Source: an uncultured Candidatus Saccharibacteria bacterium (lineage in GTDB: Bacteria; Patescibacteriota; Minisyncoccia; Phycocordibacterales; SBAW01). Taken from it: DNA of 64,000 bases. Below the pieces are notes generated by a model, which made no database searches, was not told the origin of the DNA, and was given only the letters and a program-made list of their open reading frames with translations. The DNA is taken from positions 15,867 to 79,866 of the forward strand of contig CAYHDT010000003.1 of NCBI GenBank assembly GCA_964355655.1. Direction: 5' to 3'. The position numbers and the translations under genes are program-made. This document shows positions 36,852 through 47,086 of this stretch, piece by piece. How positions within the stretch are numbered: the stretch's first letter is position 1; each line of letters opens with the position of its first letter.

Positions 36852-38276
36852 TCAACGAATCTGCCGCGCTGCTACAACATAGGAGTCTACCCTGCCTACA
36901 ACCGCATAGCGCATAAATAAAGTGTCGTGGTGGGCGTTAAAAAAATCTTCCGGGGTTAAGATTTTTTGCACCGTGCCTGAGAGTACAAGATATTTATACT
37001 CTTCGCCAATACGAATTGAGGGTGTTATTTCTACATACTGATACACCGGGTGCTCCCCCGTAAAAGTCATGACTTCAGGCGCTTGGTACACAAAAATCTC
37101 TTCTCCTACAGGCAAGGACGCAAAATAGCGCTCAAGTGTTTCCGTACGGGTTGAATTGTAGTGTACTGCCACCCAAGAGCGAGTGGTCGTTTCGTAAGCC
37201 TGAAACACAATGAGCGCGCATATACCGACGATAACTGCCTGCGACAATAATCGGGAACGCCGTCCAAGAAGATACCACAAAGACTGAGGGAGATAGAGCA
37301 GCGCAAATACTTGTCCCGGAAAAAAATACCGATAATACCCGGCCGTACGCATATACGCCAAAAGAATCAGTATGGAAAAAAATAGGAGGGCCTCTTCGGT
37401 GAGCGAAACTGTTTCATGTTTCAGCCTCCGTAGCCCATAACTAAGAGCCCAGAGCGCTAGCGCCAAGAGAAAATACAAGGGCTGCAGTTCGAAAAACAGT
37501 CTTTTTACATTAGCGGCTATCGCGCTCCCGATATTAAGATCATGGGGATTTGCATAGACCGCAAATAGGTTTGCAAGTGGCATATGATCAAATTGAAAGA
37601 ACGCCCAAACCAATAAAGGGGCTAAAACCCCGGCTACACCGAAGAGGAACGACTTTTTAAGTTTAAGTTCCCGGTGCCTCAACAAGAGCGCCAGCAACAA
37701 TGCCGGCAAGAAAAGAATAAATATCGGTTTTGCAGCAACGGCAAGGCCGGCGCACATTCCCACCAGCAAAGCCTTGTTCCGAGTGAGCGCCCCGACCCCC
37801 AAGAGAGGAATGAGCGCGAGCAATATAAATAAGAGTCCTGGAACCTCACCCAGCACGTTGCGCCCATTGCCGTAGATCGGAGCAAAAAATACAAGAAGGA
37901 AGAAAGCCAGCCACGCGGAAGTCGTCCCCAAAGCTTTGCGCGCATAAAACCAAAGTGCAATATAAAATGAAAGTAGAAATGCGAGCATCACAAGACGTGC
38001 CGCTTCGATCGATACTCCAAAGACTGCAAATACGCCGGCAAGCGGCAAGGTTATTGGAGCCCCTGTGCTGATATACCCCAACGGTTCGTATACGCCCGGG
38101 GCAACCGGGAGTGATACTTTTCCCGTCTCAAGCAAGCCTTGCGCGGACTGGATAATGAGCCCTTCGTCCATCCATGTTTCCGGACTTTCAAACAACCGAT
38201 ACGATGAAAAAAATACCACCAGCGCGAACGCCGCGGCTATAAGAATACACTCAACAAAACTAAGATGGTTTGTCAT
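36852..38276 (-). CDS. GT-C (ArnT/PMT-like) membrane glycosyltransferase
   Basis: WMDEG in first loop, many TMs, LGE, AKP. Confidence 0.75.
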   Translation of the reverse strand: MTNHLSFVECILIAAAFALVVFFSSYRLFESPETWMDEGLIIQSAQGLLETGKVSLPVAPGVYEPLGYISTGAPITLPLAGVFAVFGVSIEAARLVMLAFLLSFYIALWFYARKALGTTSAWLAFFLLVFFAPIYGNGRNVLGEVPGLLFILLALIPLLGVGALTRNKALLVGMCAGLAVAAKPIFILFLPALLLALLLRHRELKLKKSFLFGVAGVLAPLLVWAFFQFDHMPLANLFAVYANPHDLNIGSAIAANVKRLFFELQPLYFLLALALWALSYGLRRLKHETVSLTEEALLFFSILILLAYMRTAGYYRYFFPGQVFALLYLPQSLWYLLGRRSRLLSQAVIVGICALIVFQAYETTTRSWVAVHYNSTRTETLERYFASLPVGEEIFVYQAPEVMTFTGEHPVYQYVEITPSIRIGEEYKYLVLSGTVQKILTPEDFFNAHHDTLFMRYAVVGRVDSYVVAARQIR

Positions 38277-38281
38277 ATGTT

Positions 38282-39082
38282 TTACCAGCTGCGGACGCGG
38301 CTAAGCGATGTCAGTATAGCCTCCCATTGATACCACAGCCTCGCCAGCTCAAAGCGCGCGGGCAGGCGCGTACTGTTAGGATAAAAAATTATATTCCGCG
38401 CAAACCGCGCCACGTAGAGTCCGGCGACCGCCGACTCCCGGAGCGCGCCCACTATCCATTGGCGAAGAGTCAACACCGGACTGCGCAAGCCTTCGACCTC
38501 CAAATAGCCGCGCCATTTACGCTTCATATCAGCGACGCTGTCTTCCATAGGTACCAGCAAATATGCCGCGAGCTCTTTGACCGGAGTGCCCGGCAATAAC
38601 TCAATGCGCTCATGCACCGCTTTTATAAATGAAGCGGCCGTCCGACGATTAAAAAAACGCATCTGCCGGTTGGGGTACGTAACTGCCCGGTCGACCACTT
38701 TGCCGCGATATACATATTTTCGCGGGACCCAGTATGCCGCCGGCTTATCCGCCGCGACCGCCGCGCACAGCTCCTTTGCCAATGCGGGGCTTACGTATTC
38801 ATCCGAATCTAAAAAGAAAAACCAGGCATGCGAAGCGGCGGCAAGCGTCTGATTGCGCACGCCGGCGAAATTTTGTATGCGCCCGTCCTCGGCAAGAAAA
38901 TTTTTGTCCTGACCGATTACCCGCGCGCCAAAAGACTCGGCAATCGCGAGGGTGCGGTCGGTCGAGCCGCCGTCGCATATAAGTAGTTCGTCAAAATTCT
39001 TGACGCTCTCAAGCGCGCGCGCAAGCGTCGCTTCCGAATTGCGCGTCAACACAGCGACAGTGCAGGGAATGTTACGAGACAT
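38282..39082 (-). CDS. GT2 glycosyltransferase
   Basis: DGGSTDRT, FAGVRN, LDSDE, VHE. Confidence 0.88.
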   Translation of the reverse strand: MSRNIPCTVAVLTRNSEATLARALESVKNFDELLICDGGSTDRTLAIAESFGARVIGQDKNFLAEDGRIQNFAGVRNQTLAAASHAWFFFLDSDEYVSPALAKELCAAVAADKPAAYWVPRKYVYRGKVVDRAVTYPNRQMRFFNRRTAASFIKAVHERIELLPGTPVKELAAYLLVPMEDSVADMKRKWRGYLEVEGLRSPVLTLRQWIVGALRESAVAGLYVARFARNIIFYPNSTRLPARFELARLWYQWEAILTSLSRVRSW

Positions 39083-40085
39083 ACGCAATAAGGCGCGGTA
39101 TAAGCGTCGAGAGCGAGTGTTGCTCGCGGACATAGTGCATGAGAGGCGCCGGGTCTACCTGCTGCGCTTTTAGAAGAGCCTCGGCGATATGTTGTGGGGT
39201 ATCCTCGCCCACATACACTCCATACGGAGACAATACCTGGCGGAAGGCATCGTTGGTAGTGACGGGTACGACACCGCAGGATGCCGCTTCAAGCACCGCC
39301 CTATCAACACTGCCGGTTTGGCTCAGGTTAAGGAAGACCGATGCGCGGACAAGAGTTTCGGGCATGCGCGCGTAGGGCACCGGACCGATACAATGTACCG
39401 CGGACGCATACGGCCGGCGCAGTATTTCCTCTTCAATCTCCTTTAAATACCGTTCGTCTTCCGGGAAAATAGGCGCGCCGGCAATCGTAAAGTCAAAATC
39501 AATTCCTCGGGCCGCCAGCACGTCGAGCGCAGAGAGCATCTCCCGAAGACGCTTGGTCGGAGATATACGGCCTGCGGTAACGACGCGCAGCTGCGCGGGC
39601 CGTACCCCGGGTACAAATAATCCCGTATCAATGCCGTGGCCCGTAACGCGCACCTTAGGGCTCGAGATTCTAAAACTTTCTTTAGACGCAGTAAAAATAA
39701 TATTTGCAAACCGGACAGCCAGGCGCAGCTTGAGCGTGACGCTCTTGTGCGTGTACCACAACCCGATACGTTTGCCCCACAGACGCCACAGCAATCCGCC
39801 AAGCACGACGTACTCCGGATTCATATGCACAAACACGGCGTCGTGCTCGTGCCGGACCCGTATGAGGTGCCGCAGGATGCGCACCCAGCGCATGGGGCGC
39901 GACACGCCGCGCTCTTTGCCGGCGGACCACACTGTTACATTAGGAGGCAGGGTATGCGCACCCTCCTCAAGACAGACGACGCTGACCGACTCGCAGTGTT
40001 TGGCAAACTCCTCAAGCCACCGGTGGAAGGACCCGAGATTTGAATGATTTTTATCAACCGCCTGGGTGCAAATCAACAATTTCAT
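39072..40085 (-). CDS. GT4 glycosyltransferase
   Basis: GHGID, GRISPTK, LEAASCG. Confidence 0.88.
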   Translation of the reverse strand: MKLLICTQAVDKNHSNLGSFHRWLEEFAKHCESVSVVCLEEGAHTLPPNVTVWSAGKERGVSRPMRWVRILRHLIRVRHEHDAVFVHMNPEYVVLGGLLWRLWGKRIGLWYTHKSVTLKLRLAVRFANIIFTASKESFRISSPKVRVTGHGIDTGLFVPGVRPAQLRVVTAGRISPTKRLREMLSALDVLAARGIDFDFTIAGAPIFPEDERYLKEIEEEILRRPYASAVHCIGPVPYARMPETLVRASVFLNLSQTGSVDRAVLEAASCGVVPVTTNDAFRQVLSPYGVYVGEDTPQHIAEALLKAQQVDPAPLMHYVREQHSLSTLIPRLIAYVS

Positions 40086-40945
40086 ACTTTAATCTTACCG
40101 TACACTGCCTCGAGCAGATCGAGGTCTTTACCGCTTGCGCGCAAAAGGCCGCTGTTTTTTGCCTCCAGAGCGCGGAGCATCAAAACTCCCTCCGCGTCTT
40201 TCGGCAGCAGGGTTTCGTACAGTATGCGCAACGCCGCAAAGTCTTTAATAAGACAGTGCCCTCCGGCACCGCGGCCCGCCAGTGCCCCATCGTGCCCGCT
40301 GCGATCAACTGCCGAAAGGTGCGAGGAGCCTATGCGCGGGTCGGCGCCGACCGCCGCGCGCACAACTTCAAAGTCCGCGCCGAGCGAATGCGCCAGATCA
40401 AAAAAAAGGTTGGCATACAGGAGCTTACAATACAGAAAGACGTTACCGGCGTATTTAATGAGCTCGGTTTCGTCCGAATCTGCAACCAGTTCGTACGGGG
40501 CTTTTGGCAATACCGCGAGCACCGACCGCGCTTTTTCTTTATACTCCTCGGTCATGGTCGGGACGCCTATAATGTTGCGGTTGGGCTCGGCGGCGTCGCG
40601 TGCGGCGGTTTTTTCGGACAAAAATTCGGGAGAGTGCAATACGAAGATATCCGGAAAATCCTTTTGCAGGCGCTTGACCGTGCCCGGCACCGTCGTCGAT
40701 TTAATGACAGCTGTCTTCCCTTCTTTGACGAGCGGCAACACGCCGCGCAAAATACTGTCGTCAAACCCTTCCGGAGTCGTCGGCGTCGGCACCGCTATAA
40801 ACACAATGTCGCACTCTTTTATTTTTTCCTTATTCCCCCGGTACGGTTCTTCAAGCGAGTAGCGCGTAACGGAAAAACCGCGGCGCTCGAAGTCGTCCGC
40901 GTAATTTTTGCCGATGAAACCTTGTCCTATAAATCCGATGGTCAT
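40082..40945 (-). CDS. Short UDP-glucose/GDP-mannose dehydrogenase family protein
   Basis: GQGFIG, AVPTP, KSTTVPG, SPEFL, GGHCLIKD; lacks C-terminal domain. Confidence 0.85.
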   Translation of the reverse strand: MTIGFIGQGFIGKNYADDFERRGFSVTRYSLEEPYRGNKEKIKECDIVFIAVPTPTTPEGFDDSILRGVLPLVKEGKTAVIKSTTVPGTVKRLQKDFPDIFVLHSPEFLSEKTAARDAAEPNRNIIGVPTMTEEYKEKARSVLAVLPKAPYELVADSDETELIKYAGNVFLYCKLLYANLFFDLAHSLGADFEVVRAAVGADPRIGSSHLSAVDRSGHDGALAGRGAGGHCLIKDFAALRILYETLLPKDAEGVLMLRALEAKNSGLLRASGKDLDLLEAVYGKIKV

Positions 40946-41850
40946 ACGAGAGTTCCCTTCCATTGTGTAACCCACGAAGCAGCGTCGAGTAACGGCAACC
41001 TGAGTTCGCCGCGCGCGCCGGTGCGCAGAACCTCGGTTACGGCTAACCCCAGGTCCGACCGCGGCATCACTATCGCTCCCGCTTCGCGCGCAATACCGAC
41101 GTCGGGAGCGACCACGGGCACGCCCGCGGCGAGCGCCTCTACTATGCTCGCCCCCCAGCTTTCGTGTTTAGAAGTGCACAACACCACATCGGCTGTTTGC
41201 AGGTAGGGCGCCGGGTCAACCCAACCGGGGAATTCCACCCGCAAGCCGGCCGCATGGACCCTCGCCTTAAGACTTTGCTCAAGATTCCCCGCTCCGAGCA
41301 TAATCAGTTTGGCATCGGGCAGGAAACTTTGCACTGCTTGGAGAACCGAGAGCGCAAGCGCGGGATCCTTTTCTGCTTCAAATCTTCCAATCCACAAAAT
41401 TGTTTTATCCAGTAAGTCAGACTTACTGGAGTTACGGACGATGGAGCGGAATCGGCTCAACTCAATAAACACAGGGAGCACATGAATGGGCGCTTTGACT
41501 CCCATGGCTTCAGCCTGTTTTTTTATTTTTTCTGATACGACCCTGACGGAGTCGGCTTTGCGCAAGATTATTTGTGCAAGAATACGCTTCCACCAAGGCA
41601 GTGCCCACAAGTCCATATGAACTTGCACATTAAGCCGCGCTCCTATTTTTTTTGCTGCGCGGCGCGCAAATGCGCCGCGCAGCAGGGGGTCTTGGGCGGT
41701 TACTACGTCAAACGACCCCTCGGGAATTGCGGGCCACCAGCTCCCGGGGCCCATAAAAACAATCACGAGCTTTGCGACTGCGGCAGCCTGCAGGGCCGCG
41801 CGCGGACTCGCGGAAAAATTCCTGTCTCCGGTAATCATCAGGACTCTCAT
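40942..41850 (-). CDS. GT4 glycosyltransferase
   Basis: GRFEAEK, ESWGASIVEALAAG. Confidence 0.88.
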   Translation of the reverse strand: MRVLMITGDRNFSASPRAALQAAAVAKLVIVFMGPGSWWPAIPEGSFDVVTAQDPLLRGAFARRAAKKIGARLNVQVHMDLWALPWWKRILAQIILRKADSVRVVSEKIKKQAEAMGVKAPIHVLPVFIELSRFRSIVRNSSKSDLLDKTILWIGRFEAEKDPALALSVLQAVQSFLPDAKLIMLGAGNLEQSLKARVHAAGLRVEFPGWVDPAPYLQTADVVLCTSKHESWGASIVEALAAGVPVVAPDVGIAREAGAIVMPRSDLGLAVTEVLRTGARGELRLPLLDAASWVTQWKGTLV

Positions 41851-42848
41851 AGGATTTTTAGCAGCTCCGCGAGTTTGGCAATAGTAGTGTCGATAGAAAA
41901 TTCTTTTGTCTTGGCGCGGGCGGATTGCGCGCGAGCCAGCGCCGACGCTTTATCCTGCTCAACCGCCTTCAGGGCCGCGTAGAGCGCCTCGTCATCCCCC
42001 GGGGGTATCAGAAGACCGTCGATGGTATCCTCGATAAGTTCCGGGTTGCCTCCCGCGCGAGTGGCAACAATGGGCGTGCCCAACGCCATAGCCTCTATAA
42101 GCGCGTGGGAAAGGCCTTCGTAGGTGGAGTTGAGCACAAACACATCGGCGGTTTTGACCCAACCGAGCGCTTGCGCGCGGGGCAGATTTTCTGCAAGAAA
42201 GAAACTCCATCCTTCCTCTTTTGCGACAACTCTGGCTATTCCGTCAAAACCCTTCCAAGGTACATTGCGGCCGGAACTCACTATCAAAAATCCTTCCGGC
42301 CGGCCGGCCGGTAACTCACAAGCAGGTGCAAGATTTATGCCGTTATAAATCAGCACCGGACGGACTCCCCAGCCCGACACAATGTTGTACATATATTTAC
42401 TGGGGACGATTATTTTTGTCGCGCGGCGCACAACAAAGTTTTGTATCGCACGCAAAATACCGACTCGCAGACCGTATGATTTTTTTTGAAACTCATCAAG
42501 CTCGTCGCGCACACCAAAGCGAGCCCGCCCCTGCTCCCACGCATAGTCGCCGGGCACGCGCGCGACAAACTTAGTGTTGGTAAGCATAGCGGCCAGCACT
42601 GCGGGAAAACCAACCGATACGGTGTCCTGCGCAAACACCACATCCGCCTTGCGCGCCATCGCGACGCACTTAAAAAAATAGGCCCCGTGCCGCAACACTT
42701 TAGGCAAGTGCCTTACCCGGCTAAACGGCAACACAAACACCTCAAACCCGAGCGCGGGAAGACGCTCCTCCATTAGTTTGGTATGGGTGGCCGGCCCTCC
42801 GCTCTCCGGAGGGTACAATCCTGTCGCAATTAAAACTCTCATAGCCAA
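41847..42848 (-). CDS. GT4 glycosyltransferase
   Basis: YPPESGGPAT, EGLSHALIEAMALG. Confidence 0.9.
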   Translation of the reverse strand: MAMRVLIATGLYPPESGGPATHTKLMEERLPALGFEVFVLPFSRVRHLPKVLRHGAYFFKCVAMARKADVVFAQDTVSVGFPAVLAAMLTNTKFVARVPGDYAWEQGRARFGVRDELDEFQKKSYGLRVGILRAIQNFVVRRATKIIVPSKYMYNIVSGWGVRPVLIYNGINLAPACELPAGRPEGFLIVSSGRNVPWKGFDGIARVVAKEEGWSFFLAENLPRAQALGWVKTADVFVLNSTYEGLSHALIEAMALGTPIVATRAGGNPELIEDTIDGLLIPPGDDEALYAALKAVEQDKASALARAQSARAKTKEFSIDTTIAKLAELLKIL

Positions 42849-42931
42849 GACACGGTCATATCGAAATGGTAACCTCTTTAAAACCTTTATGCTATGCCGT
42901 ACGTTACAGTACTCATGCTAGACTGCACCCT

Positions 42932-43477
42932 ATGAAAATCGTCCTGGCTACCCCGCTGTATCCTCCGGACATAGCCCCGCCCGCCCCCTACGCTAAAGAG
43001 CTGGCTAAACGCCTTGCCGACCGGCACGAGGTGGTGGTAGTTGCCTACGGACGCCTGCCCGAGCGCGTGGAAGGGGTACGGATTGCGGCCGTAGACAAGC
43101 GCCGACCCTTGCCATTGCGCCTGGTGCAGTATTTCTTTGCGCTTCGGAGCGCGGCAAAAAATGCCGATGTTTTATATATCCAAAACGGCCCATCAGTAGA
43201 GCTGCCCGCGGGGCTCCTTGCATACTTAACCGGCATACCGCTCGTGATGCATATTGCCGATCTGTCCGCCCACCGACACGCGGAAAGTAGTTTCTGGCTC
43301 TCGCGCATAGAGCGTTTTGCCCTGCGGCGCGCACAGGCAACACTTACCGACTCGCCGCTGCCGCGGCCGGAAATTCTGCCGTTTGAGCCCCGTCCGACAG
43401 AGGCGCTTGCCGCGTACGAAGCGTCGTGGGTTGCCCATCTGCAAAAACTTGAGGACGCTTTAAACCATGCACGCTAA
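42932..43477 (+). CDS. GT4 N-terminal-domain-only protein
   Basis: MKIVLATPLYPPDIAPPA resembles the N-terminus of the divergent neighbour GT; no EX7E motif. Confidence 0.7.
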   Translation: MKIVLATPLYPPDIAPPAPYAKELAKRLADRHEVVVVAYGRLPERVEGVRIAAVDKRRPLPLRLVQYFFALRSAAKNADVLYIQNGPSVELPAGLLAYLTGIPLVMHIADLSAHRHAESSFWLSRIERFALRRAQATLTDSPLPRPEILPFEPRPTEALAAYEASWVAHLQKLEDALNHAR

Positions 43478-44531
43478 AGACCCTAAACAAACATGGGAGG
43501 AATATCGCGCGGAAGAGTTAGCCGCGATTGCTCCGCTGCTTGAGCGGCTGGGTTTTACGCTCGATGAGCGCCAAAAACATCTCGGCGGCGAGCGGTACCT
43601 TATGAGGGCCGTTACCACCACGAGCGGGCAGAAGCTTATTTTGACCGGTCGTCGCGCGAGCGACGGGATGCGGGTTGTTATCAAAGCCACGCGCGACACT
43701 GCGGGCGCGGCAGAGCTGCAACACGAGCGCGTCTGCCGGCGCATTTTGCAGGAAATCAATTTTGCCTACGACACCTTCCACTCTCCGGAGGAAATACTTT
43801 TTACCGTCCAAGATGGCTTTACCATTTCGGTGCAAGCGTTTGTGGAGCAGGAGCGGCCGTTTTTGGAACGGCCGCTCAAAGAGCAGTTCGCCTTTGCGCT
43901 CCGCGCGTTCAAGGCGCAGGAAAGTGCGCATGCCTCTACATACAATCATCTCCGGCTCGTGCAAAAAACCTTCGACACCAAAGATGCCGCCGGATATCTG
44001 CGTATGTTTACGAGTTTCGGCGCGTCCGCTGAGGCAGGACAATTTCTCGAAACACACAAAGAAACCATCGAACAGTACTGCGGTTTTTTAACCCATACTG
44101 ACTTTGTGCCGCACAACTTCCGCATTGCCGGCGACACCATGTATCTGCTCGACCACTCGAGTTTGCGCTTCGGCAACAAATACGAGGGTTGGGCGCGCTT
44201 TCTTAACTTTATGGCGCTTTACAATCCGGCACTCGAGGCCGCTTTAGTACAGTATGTGGCTGACAACCGCACCCCCGAAGAATCACTTTCTTTGCGACTC
44301 ATGCGCGTCTACCGGCTGGGCGAAATTATCTGGTACTACAAAAACACGCTCTTGAAGTCGTCGGGCAACCTGCTACAACTCAACCAAGCGCGTGTCGACT
44401 TTTGGTCGCAAGTGCTGGACAGCCAGCTGAGCGCCCGCCTGCTTGCCGATGAGGTGCGCGCCTCTTATATAAAAACCCGCGACGCTCTGCGCAGCGACGA
44501 CGAAAAAGAGCGTCAAGTGGACCTGCACTAA
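43467..44531 (+). CDS. Protein-kinase-like/phosphotransferase fold protein
   Basis: VVIK, HTDFVPHN, LLD motifs. Confidence 0.65.
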   Translation: MHAKDPKQTWEEYRAEELAAIAPLLERLGFTLDERQKHLGGERYLMRAVTTTSGQKLILTGRRASDGMRVVIKATRDTAGAAELQHERVCRRILQEINFAYDTFHSPEEILFTVQDGFTISVQAFVEQERPFLERPLKEQFAFALRAFKAQESAHASTYNHLRLVQKTFDTKDAAGYLRMFTSFGASAEAGQFLETHKETIEQYCGFLTHTDFVPHNFRIAGDTMYLLDHSSLRFGNKYEGWARFLNFMALYNPALEAALVQYVADNRTPEESLSLRLMRVYRLGEIIWYYKNTLLKSSGNLLQLNQARVDFWSQVLDSQLSARLLADEVRASYIKTRDALRSDDEKERQVDLH

Positions 44532-45070
44532 GCTTCTTTAAGCTCCTGCATCTGCGACACAAGCCCGGCGTACTCGTCTACTAGCGGGTGCTGCCAGGAC
44601 TCCTTGAGCCTTGTAAGCACAGACTCCTCAAACCACATTTTTTTAGCCTTGCCGCGGTTAAAGTGCTTCCACACCGCGGGACCCTCGGCGGCATAGGCCG
44701 CCAGAAGCGAGCGCGCATTATGTATTTTGTCGGCGACCGATATCGCCTTGGCGCCCTCGGGCGCCTGTCGCACCGACTCTATATAGGCCAGGCGGGCTTC
44801 CTCCCACGACAACGTTTTGTCGTAACTCACTGCTTTAACCAACGCGAGTACCTCGGGCCCGAGTTCTGCGAGCAGTTCCTCCTCCGTTATTTTTGTATCC
44901 TCCAACACATCATGCACGTACGCCGCGGCAACCACCGTCTCGGAAAAGCCGTGCTTGCGCAGCATGTCCGCCACCGCTGCAGGATGGATGATGTAGGGCG
45001 GCCCATCTTTGCGTAGCTGGCCTTCATGCGCCCGCGCGGCAAGTTGTAATGCTTTTTCTTCCAGAGTCAT
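44528..45070 (-). CDS. HD-domain hydrolase (RelA/SpoT hydrolase-like, stand-alone)
   Basis: AHEGQLRK, PYIIHP, HDVLED, ADKIHN. Confidence 0.88.
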   Translation of the reverse strand: MTLEEKALQLAARAHEGQLRKDGPPYIIHPAAVADMLRKHGFSETVVAAAYVHDVLEDTKITEEELLAELGPEVLALVKAVSYDKTLSWEEARLAYIESVRQAPEGAKAISVADKIHNARSLLAAYAAEGPAVWKHFNRGKAKKMWFEESVLTRLKESWQHPLVDEYAGLVSQMQELKEA

Positions 45071-46209
45071 AGTACTTTTTCGAACACGCGCTCGCGCATC
45101 TGCACGGCTATCTTGTCCCAATCATACTTCTCCACCACCATAGCCCTGGCGACCTCAGTCACCTTTCGCACCTTCTCCGGATTCGCGAGGATGTCTTTTA
45201 CTGCCGCCGCAATTTGCTCGGGCGAGTCTACATCGACCACCCACGCGGTTTTGCCGTCAAAAATAAATTCCGCCAGACCGCCTTCGGTGGTCGCCACCAC
45301 CGGCAAGCGCGACGCCATTGCCGAGAGGAAGGCGTTGCCCAGCCCCTCCGAGCGGCTGGGCGCCGCAAAAATGTCGCTGACCTTGCGGTACAACGTTACC
45401 TCGTCGCGCATTACTTGGCCGGTAAACACAACTCTATCCTCAAGTTTGAGTACTTTAACTAAATTCTTAAGCATCGTCTCATCCGAGCCGCCGCCCACTA
45501 TCAAAAATTTAATATTCACGGGCAACAACAGTAACGCCCGGATAACATCATCTTGCGCTTTTTGATACTCGAGACGCGCGGTATTAACCAAATACACATC
45601 GCCCTCCTTTTTGCCGAGCTTTTTTTTAAGCGCTTCGACTGCCGCAGGGTCCGAACTTTCGGCAAGATCGCGCGGGTTGGCACCGTTGTATATTATTTCA
45701 ATCGGACCCTTGTAGCCGCGCCGTTTCGGCCAAGTCGCCAAGTGTCCTGATATTGCCTGCACCATACTTGTGGTGCAAAAACCGCGGTCAATCAGAGGCA
45801 AAAGAGGCAGTATGCGCAACCGGCCGAACACCTTTTTGTACGGGTCGCCGTCCTGCAGGGTCAGCATGTGCGGTGCGCGGACGCCCAAAAACTTAGCCAA
45901 TACGACGGGCAGGAGCATGTATGTCATCATGGCCCACAGCGCGTCAAAGCGATGCCGCCGGTTAAGAGAGCGGGCTTTAAGCGCCGCGAGCAGAGGAAAG
46001 AGGATTTTAGCAAAGTAGGAGTCGCCGCCCACTCGGTGCACTAGCACGTTGCCTACCTTTTCTGTTGCCGCATCCGCCGCGTCAAATCGCAGTGTCACCA
46101 TATGAAACTCAATGCCGCTGACGCGGTCGGTAATCTCTTTAACCGCGGCCTCCGCGCCGCTGACGTGGCGCGGGTAGTAAGCGAGGGAAAATATAAGTAT
46201 CTTTTTCAC
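45067..46209 (-). CDS. GT4 glycosyltransferase
   Basis: SGAEAA, ARLEYQK, SEGLGNAF; GTG start overlapping upstream stop. Confidence 0.88.
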   Translation of the reverse strand: MKKILIFSLAYYPRHVSGAEAAVKEITDRVSGIEFHMVTLRFDAADAATEKVGNVLVHRVGGDSYFAKILFPLLAALKARSLNRRHRFDALWAMMTYMLLPVVLAKFLGVRAPHMLTLQDGDPYKKVFGRLRILPLLPLIDRGFCTTSMVQAISGHLATWPKRRGYKGPIEIIYNGANPRDLAESSDPAAVEALKKKLGKKEGDVYLVNTARLEYQKAQDDVIRALLLLPVNIKFLIVGGGSDETMLKNLVKVLKLEDRVVFTGQVMRDEVTLYRKVSDIFAAPSRSEGLGNAFLSAMASRLPVVATTEGGLAEFIFDGKTAWVVDVDSPEQIAAAVKDILANPEKVRKVTEVARAMVVEKYDWDKIAVQMRERVFEKVL

Positions 46210-47057
46210 TGTTGCTTTGCCTCCTCTATATAATCCTTCAGATTTTTTTTCTGCTTCCACCCGAGGCTCTCGAGCTTAGTAGCATCCATCGCCCCGGACG
46301 AGCGGGTGCTTTGAGTCGGCGGTAAATATTTTATTTCTCCGCCGAACATACCCGCCACGTCGTTGAGCGAGTAAACTTCCTTAGCGCAAATAGCGTACTC
46401 TTCGGCGGCACCCTTCTCCCCCGCCAGCACAATGCCGTCCACGGTGTCGTCTACATGGGTAAACGCGCGCGTCTGGGTGCCGTCGCCGCGCACCTCGTGC
46501 GGTTTGCCCGCCAAAAAGTTTTGTTTAAAGGTTTCCACTACGGTGCCGTAGTTGTTGACCCCCGCGCGCTCGCCGGGCCCATAGACATTGTAAAAGTAGA
46601 CTATCGAGTACGGCAGGCTATACCAGCGGCCGTAGTGGTGTACCAACTCGGAAACAGCAGCTTTAGCCCACGAGTATGGTGAGCGGTCACTGCTCTCAAA
46701 TTTGGTCGAGGAACCGGCGTAGACGAGCTTACATTTTTTTGCGCGCCAAAACTCAAGCACCGCGAGCGACCCCGCGATATTAAGGTCGATAATTTTTTCC
46801 GGTTCTTCAAGACTCTTAGCAATGCGCGAATACTCGCCCAGATGGTAAATGATGTCCGGCGTCTCGGGTACGCGGCTTACGATGTCTTTGGTATGGCCCT
46901 CGCGGTACTCCACTCCCTCGACATGATTTTCTTTGCTGCCGGTAAAGTAGTTGTCGAGCGATATCACCCGGTGGCCGTCCTTAACAAGGAGCGCACAAAG
47001 ATGCGAGCCTACAAAGCCCGCACCTCCGGTTACCAAAATAGTCTTTTTATCAGCCAT
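46206..47057 (-). CDS. NAD-dependent epimerase/dehydratase
   Basis: TGGAGFVG, SPYSWAK, YNVYGP, RAFTHVDD. Confidence 0.9.
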   Translation of the reverse strand: MADKKTILVTGGAGFVGSHLCALLVKDGHRVISLDNYFTGSKENHVEGVEYREGHTKDIVSRVPETPDIIYHLGEYSRIAKSLEEPEKIIDLNIAGSLAVLEFWRAKKCKLVYAGSSTKFESSDRSPYSWAKAAVSELVHHYGRWYSLPYSIVYFYNVYGPGERAGVNNYGTVVETFKQNFLAGKPHEVRGDGTQTRAFTHVDDTVDGIVLAGEKGAAEEYAICAKEVYSLNDVAGMFGGEIKYLPPTQSTRSSGAMDATKLESLGWKQKKNLKDYIEEAKQQ

Positions 47058-47086
47058 GTGAATATAGCCTACCGTATCAGGCAAGC

